Below are positions 35,696 through 38,441 of a stretch of 38,441 bases of DNA, in pieces. The notes under the pieces are model-generated. The model was not told where the DNA came from, made no database searches, and saw nothing but the letters and a program-made list of their open reading frames with translations. Position 1 is the stretch's first letter, and every line of letters starts with the position of its first letter. The stretch is from Fibrobacterota bacterium (GTDB taxonomy: Bacteria > Fibrobacterota > Fibrobacteria > UBA11236). A program made the translations under genes and the position numbers. Location: positions 1-38,441 of the forward strand of contig JAYUVP010000113.1 in the NCBI GenBank assembly GCA_043753995.1, read 5' to 3'.

Positions 35696-36994
35696 TTATT
35701 TCAAACCCATGCAATTCGCGTAGTAGGTGGTGGTCGCCGCCCAATCGCTGAAAACGCCGAGCACGCCCACTTGTCGGGCTAGGACATCCAGCACGGTGAA
35801 GGTATCACCATCATTGTTGATGGCTCCTGCCAAGGATTGGAAATAATATCCGCCGCCATTTTTCAGCGGGCCAGAGCGCTCCAGAGTCCAAGTGATGATG
35901 TCCAGTTTGGCTTTCTTTGCAGCCACGGCATATTCCGAAGGCACGATTTTCTTGTTCGCGTCAAGTTTTAACAAAGCCCATAGGGGTGGGGCGATGATAT
36001 TGACACCGAGTTTGCGGAGTTCACCCATATTCGCCACCGCCGAATCATAGCCGCCAGCAACATCGACACGGGCATCCAAAAAGACGGCTTGTTTGCCGAA
36101 GCGGGGCTCATTCTTGATCCAGTATTTCACGTCGTCAATGAGGAAGGACTGGGCCCAAACGCGCTTGGGATTGATTTTCTTGGCCTTGTATTCCTCGATC
36201 ATTTTCTGCGCGAACTTCTCTTGCGTGAACGTGCCATGAAAGGGCATGGGCACCACGGGGGTTTTCAATTCGGGGGTGAATTTAAGGCCGAGGCTGTCGA
36301 TGAGATCGATGCTTTCTTTGTGAGTCAATAAGGTACCGCAAGTGGAATAGAGATCGGTGCGCCAGGGAGCCGTTCCGCCCATATATTCCGCCGGCGTTGT
36401 CGCCTTGGGGTTAGACGCATCCATCTTTCCGCACAGGCTTTTGAATTCGCCCACAGTGAGATCGCTGGTGCAGCATTTGGCCGAAGCGGCCTTGCCGGTC
36501 GCGGGATCATAGGGGGTAAAGGGTTGGGTGCATTTCGCCGCTAAATCCGGAATGGCCAAAATATTGGTGGTGGTATGCAAATCACATTGGTCATGGCGGC
36601 AGACCAGTTCTTCGTCCTTGGTGAAGGTCACATCGCATTCCAGAATGCCGGCACCCATGCGCGCTCCGGCTAAATGCGATTCCCGCGTATGCTCGGGAAA
36701 TTGCAGCGGCGCACCGCCGCGATGGCCAATGGAAAAATCCGAAGTTTTCGAATCGATTTCGCGGCATTGATTCAGCCTCGTCTTGAGCGGGCCTTCATCC
36801 ATATCGTCGATCAAAAAAAAGGGGCGAGGGCCTAATTGGACATTGCGCTTCAATGCAGGGTGAGATTGAGCATCCTTCTCGCACCAACCACTCGCGTCAT
36901 GTCCATAACCTTTCACTTGCCCTGCCCACACCGAGGGGCTTAAGTGAATGAATAAGCCTGCGGTGCATACGGCGCCGATAACCGAGAGTTTCAT
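35696..36994 (-). CDS. glpQ: Secreted glycerophosphodiester phosphodiesterase
   Basis: GAAGGAG RBS; signal peptide; [33 protein letters not shown]. Confidence 0.9.
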   Translation of the reverse strand: MKLSVIGAVCTAGLFIHLSPSVWAGQVKGYGHDASGWCEKDAQSHPALKRNVQLGPRPFFLIDDMDEGPLKTRLNQCREIDSKTSDFSIGHRGGAPLQFPEHTRESHLAGARMGAGILECDVTFTKDEELVCRHDQCDLHTTTNILAIPDLAAKCTQPFTPYDPATGKAASAKCCTSDLTVGEFKSLCGKMDASNPKATTPAEYMGGTAPWRTDLYSTCGTLLTHKESIDLIDSLGLKFTPELKTPVVPMPFHGTFTQEKFAQKMIEEYKAKKINPKRVWAQSFLIDDVKYWIKNEPRFGKQAVFLDARVDVAGGYDSAVANMGELRKLGVNIIAPPLWALLKLDANKKIVPSEYAVAAKKAKLDIITWTLERSGPLKNGGGYYFQSLAGAINNDGDTFTVLDVLARQVGVLGVFSDWAATTTYYANCMGLK

Positions 36995-37086
36995 GGCGTT
37001 CTCCTTCAGCATTGAGTCGCAAGGGACTTCGTGCCCGCTTGCGTCAATACCGAGGGAGAAAGTAAGGCGGAGGAGCCTCGAACACC

Positions 37087-37112
37087 GTTACACCCAGGTG
37101 AGGACGAGGTTA
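37087..37112 (-). promoter_or_regulatory. Putative Pho-box-like direct repeats
   Basis: Minus strand TAAC-N7-TCAC-N7-TAAC (11-bp period) about 90 bp upstream of glpQ. Confidence 0.4.
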
Positions 37113-37152
37113 GGGAATGATTTCGAATTGAATTAGTCGGACTATCAGCCTA

Positions 37153-37620
37153 TTACCCCAAAAGGCTACGCAACATCCAAGCTGTTTTCTCATGCAATTG
37201 CATGCGCTGGGTTAGCAAATCGATAGTGGGTTGATCGTTGGCGGCTTCTGCTGTTTTCACTAGTCCGCGCGCGGTGGCTGTAACCGTTTCGTGCCCGAGC
37301 ACCAATTGGCGAATCATTTCTTCGGCCTTGGGAACGGTTTCGGCTTCTTGAATGGAGGTGAGCTTGGCGAAAGCGGCATAGCTGCCGGGAGCATAAACGC
37401 CCAAGGCGCGAATGCGCTCGGCGATGAGGTCGACGGCCAAGGCCATTTCCGTGTATTGCCCTTCAAACATGAGATGAAGGGTATTGAACATGGGTCCCGT
37501 CACATTCCAATGGAAGTTATGAGTCTTCAAATACAGGGTATAGCTGTCCGCTAAAAGTTTTGACAGCCCTTCGGCGATGGCCTTGCGTTGAGTTTCCGGT
37601 ATGCCGATATTGATGTCCAT
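37153..37620 (-). CDS. dps: Dps DNA starvation/stationary-phase protection protein
   Basis: [40 protein letters not shown]. Confidence 0.96.
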   Translation of the reverse strand: MDINIGIPETQRKAIAEGLSKLLADSYTLYLKTHNFHWNVTGPMFNTLHLMFEGQYTEMALAVDLIAERIRALGVYAPGSYAAFAKLTSIQEAETVPKAEEMIRQLVLGHETVTATARGLVKTAEAANDQPTIDLLTQRMQLHEKTAWMLRSLLG

Positions 37621-37792
37621 GTGAAGCTCCTTGGGAATAATCCTATAGCATACTTATCGGCTCCCTTGCGGCCAATTAGGAAATTCGTCCCTCCTCTGCC
37701 TTTGCGTCAAAATATGCCGGTAGCAAGTTGCCGTACTTATCCGTCCTACGGGGACGAGCCGGCAAGTTTACAGGACCAAATCGGGAGGTTTC

Positions 37793-38317
37793 ATGCGTAA
37801 AGGCATTTTTCTGCTTCTTTTCGCCATTTTTGGCGTCGGCCTCATTCAGGCCATGTTCACGGGTTCCGTGGACGAGCCACAAACCCAGCGCCATGAGCCG
37901 GTGTATTTGAGTTGGAAAGACTTGCGTTCTTCCATAAAGTCCGAATCCCCGAAGGCCATAGCCAAGCGCGGAAAAATCGCCATTCGCGGCGACCACCTTT
38001 TCATCAATGAGCCCAATGCGGGCATTCATGTCTTCGACAATCGCAATCCCGCCACGCCGGTGGCCATCGCCTTTATCAAAATCCCAGGCAATGTTGACCT
38101 AGCGGTGAAGGGAAATACTCTTTTCGCCGACAGCTTTGTGGATCTTGTCGCCATCGATCTCAGCGCCTTGCCTGAAATTAAAGAGTTGAATCGACAAGTC
38201 GACGTTTTTCCCTATGATGCTTATCAAACCGCCGATGGCCAAGTCTGGTATTACACCGAAATAGACAAGACCAAGGGTGTGGTTGTGAGTTGGAAAACAA
38301 CGCGAGGCGCCAAATGA
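37793..38317 (+). CDS. Exported LVIVD-repeat-like protein
   Basis: GGAGG RBS; N-terminal hydrophobic segment; GIHVFDN.NP, IPGNVDLAVK, ADSFVDLVAID. Confidence 0.7.
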   Translation: MRKGIFLLLFAIFGVGLIQAMFTGSVDEPQTQRHEPVYLSWKDLRSSIKSESPKAIAKRGKIAIRGDHLFINEPNAGIHVFDNRNPATPVAIAFIKIPGNVDLAVKGNTLFADSFVDLVAIDLSALPEIKELNRQVDVFPYDAYQTADGQVWYYTEIDKTKGVVVSWKTTRGAK

Positions 38318-38441
38318 AGCTGTCCAAAATAAATGCGATGCGAATCAGCTTGATTTTCTTGGCTGCCGGCATTTTCTATGCCTGCAATACCGCTGCCTCC
38401 GATTCCAGTGGGACCCTTGATTCTGGTGGCCAGACCGGCCA
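38314..38441 (+). CDS. Lipoprotein, 5' fragment (probable LVIVD-repeat partner)
   Basis: ATGA overlap with previous stop; MKLSKINAMRISLIFLAAGIFYAC lipobox, then NTAASDSSGTLDSGGQTG; open to window end. Confidence 0.65.
   Translation, partial: MKLSKINAMRISLIFLAAGIFYACNTAASDSSGTLDSGGQTG

Noticed and set aside
37621..37680. OxyR-like site upstream of dps
   Set aside because: ATAA-N5-CTAT does not fit the ATAG-N7-CTAT spacing
1..38441. CRISPR arrays, tRNA/rRNA genes, transposases or integrases
   Set aside because: None recognised by eye or in the ORF track; no regularly spaced repeat-spacer structure seen

Overview
GC-rich bacterial window, probably Fibrobacterota (a TIGR02147-family gene and secreted proteins with T9SS-like or 'DGR' tails; this is inference). 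Positions 1-17.3 kb are a large nitrate-assimilation locus. The leftward operon is nirA-type nitrite reductase, CysJ-like diflavin protein, DmsB-DmsC fusion and a molybdopterin nitrate reductase cut by the window edge. Rightward lie a NasS-like sensor, narK with a PP2C/kinase fusion, nrtABC and two AlgE-like porins. The rest holds a low-GC AhpD-like gene, cysS, a beta-helix protein, two ThuA paralogues, a TIGR02147/lipoprotein/BNR module, chrA, a circularly permuted ATP-grasp + alpha-E pair, an M64 peptidase with a small secreted partner, glpQ, dps and LVIVD-type genes. The most interesting signal is non-coding. The three nitrate transcripts each start at a near-consensus sigma54 promoter, have TGACA repeats upstream, and carry the same unrecognised leader element (CCNCCA-stem-GGUCCGYCCGG). 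A CGCCAAC heptamer sits 20-24 nt before three nrt start codons. No NasT/ANTAR gene or canonical ANTAR hairpins are visible in the window. Together these suggest an undescribed post-initiation control system for nitrate assimilation.
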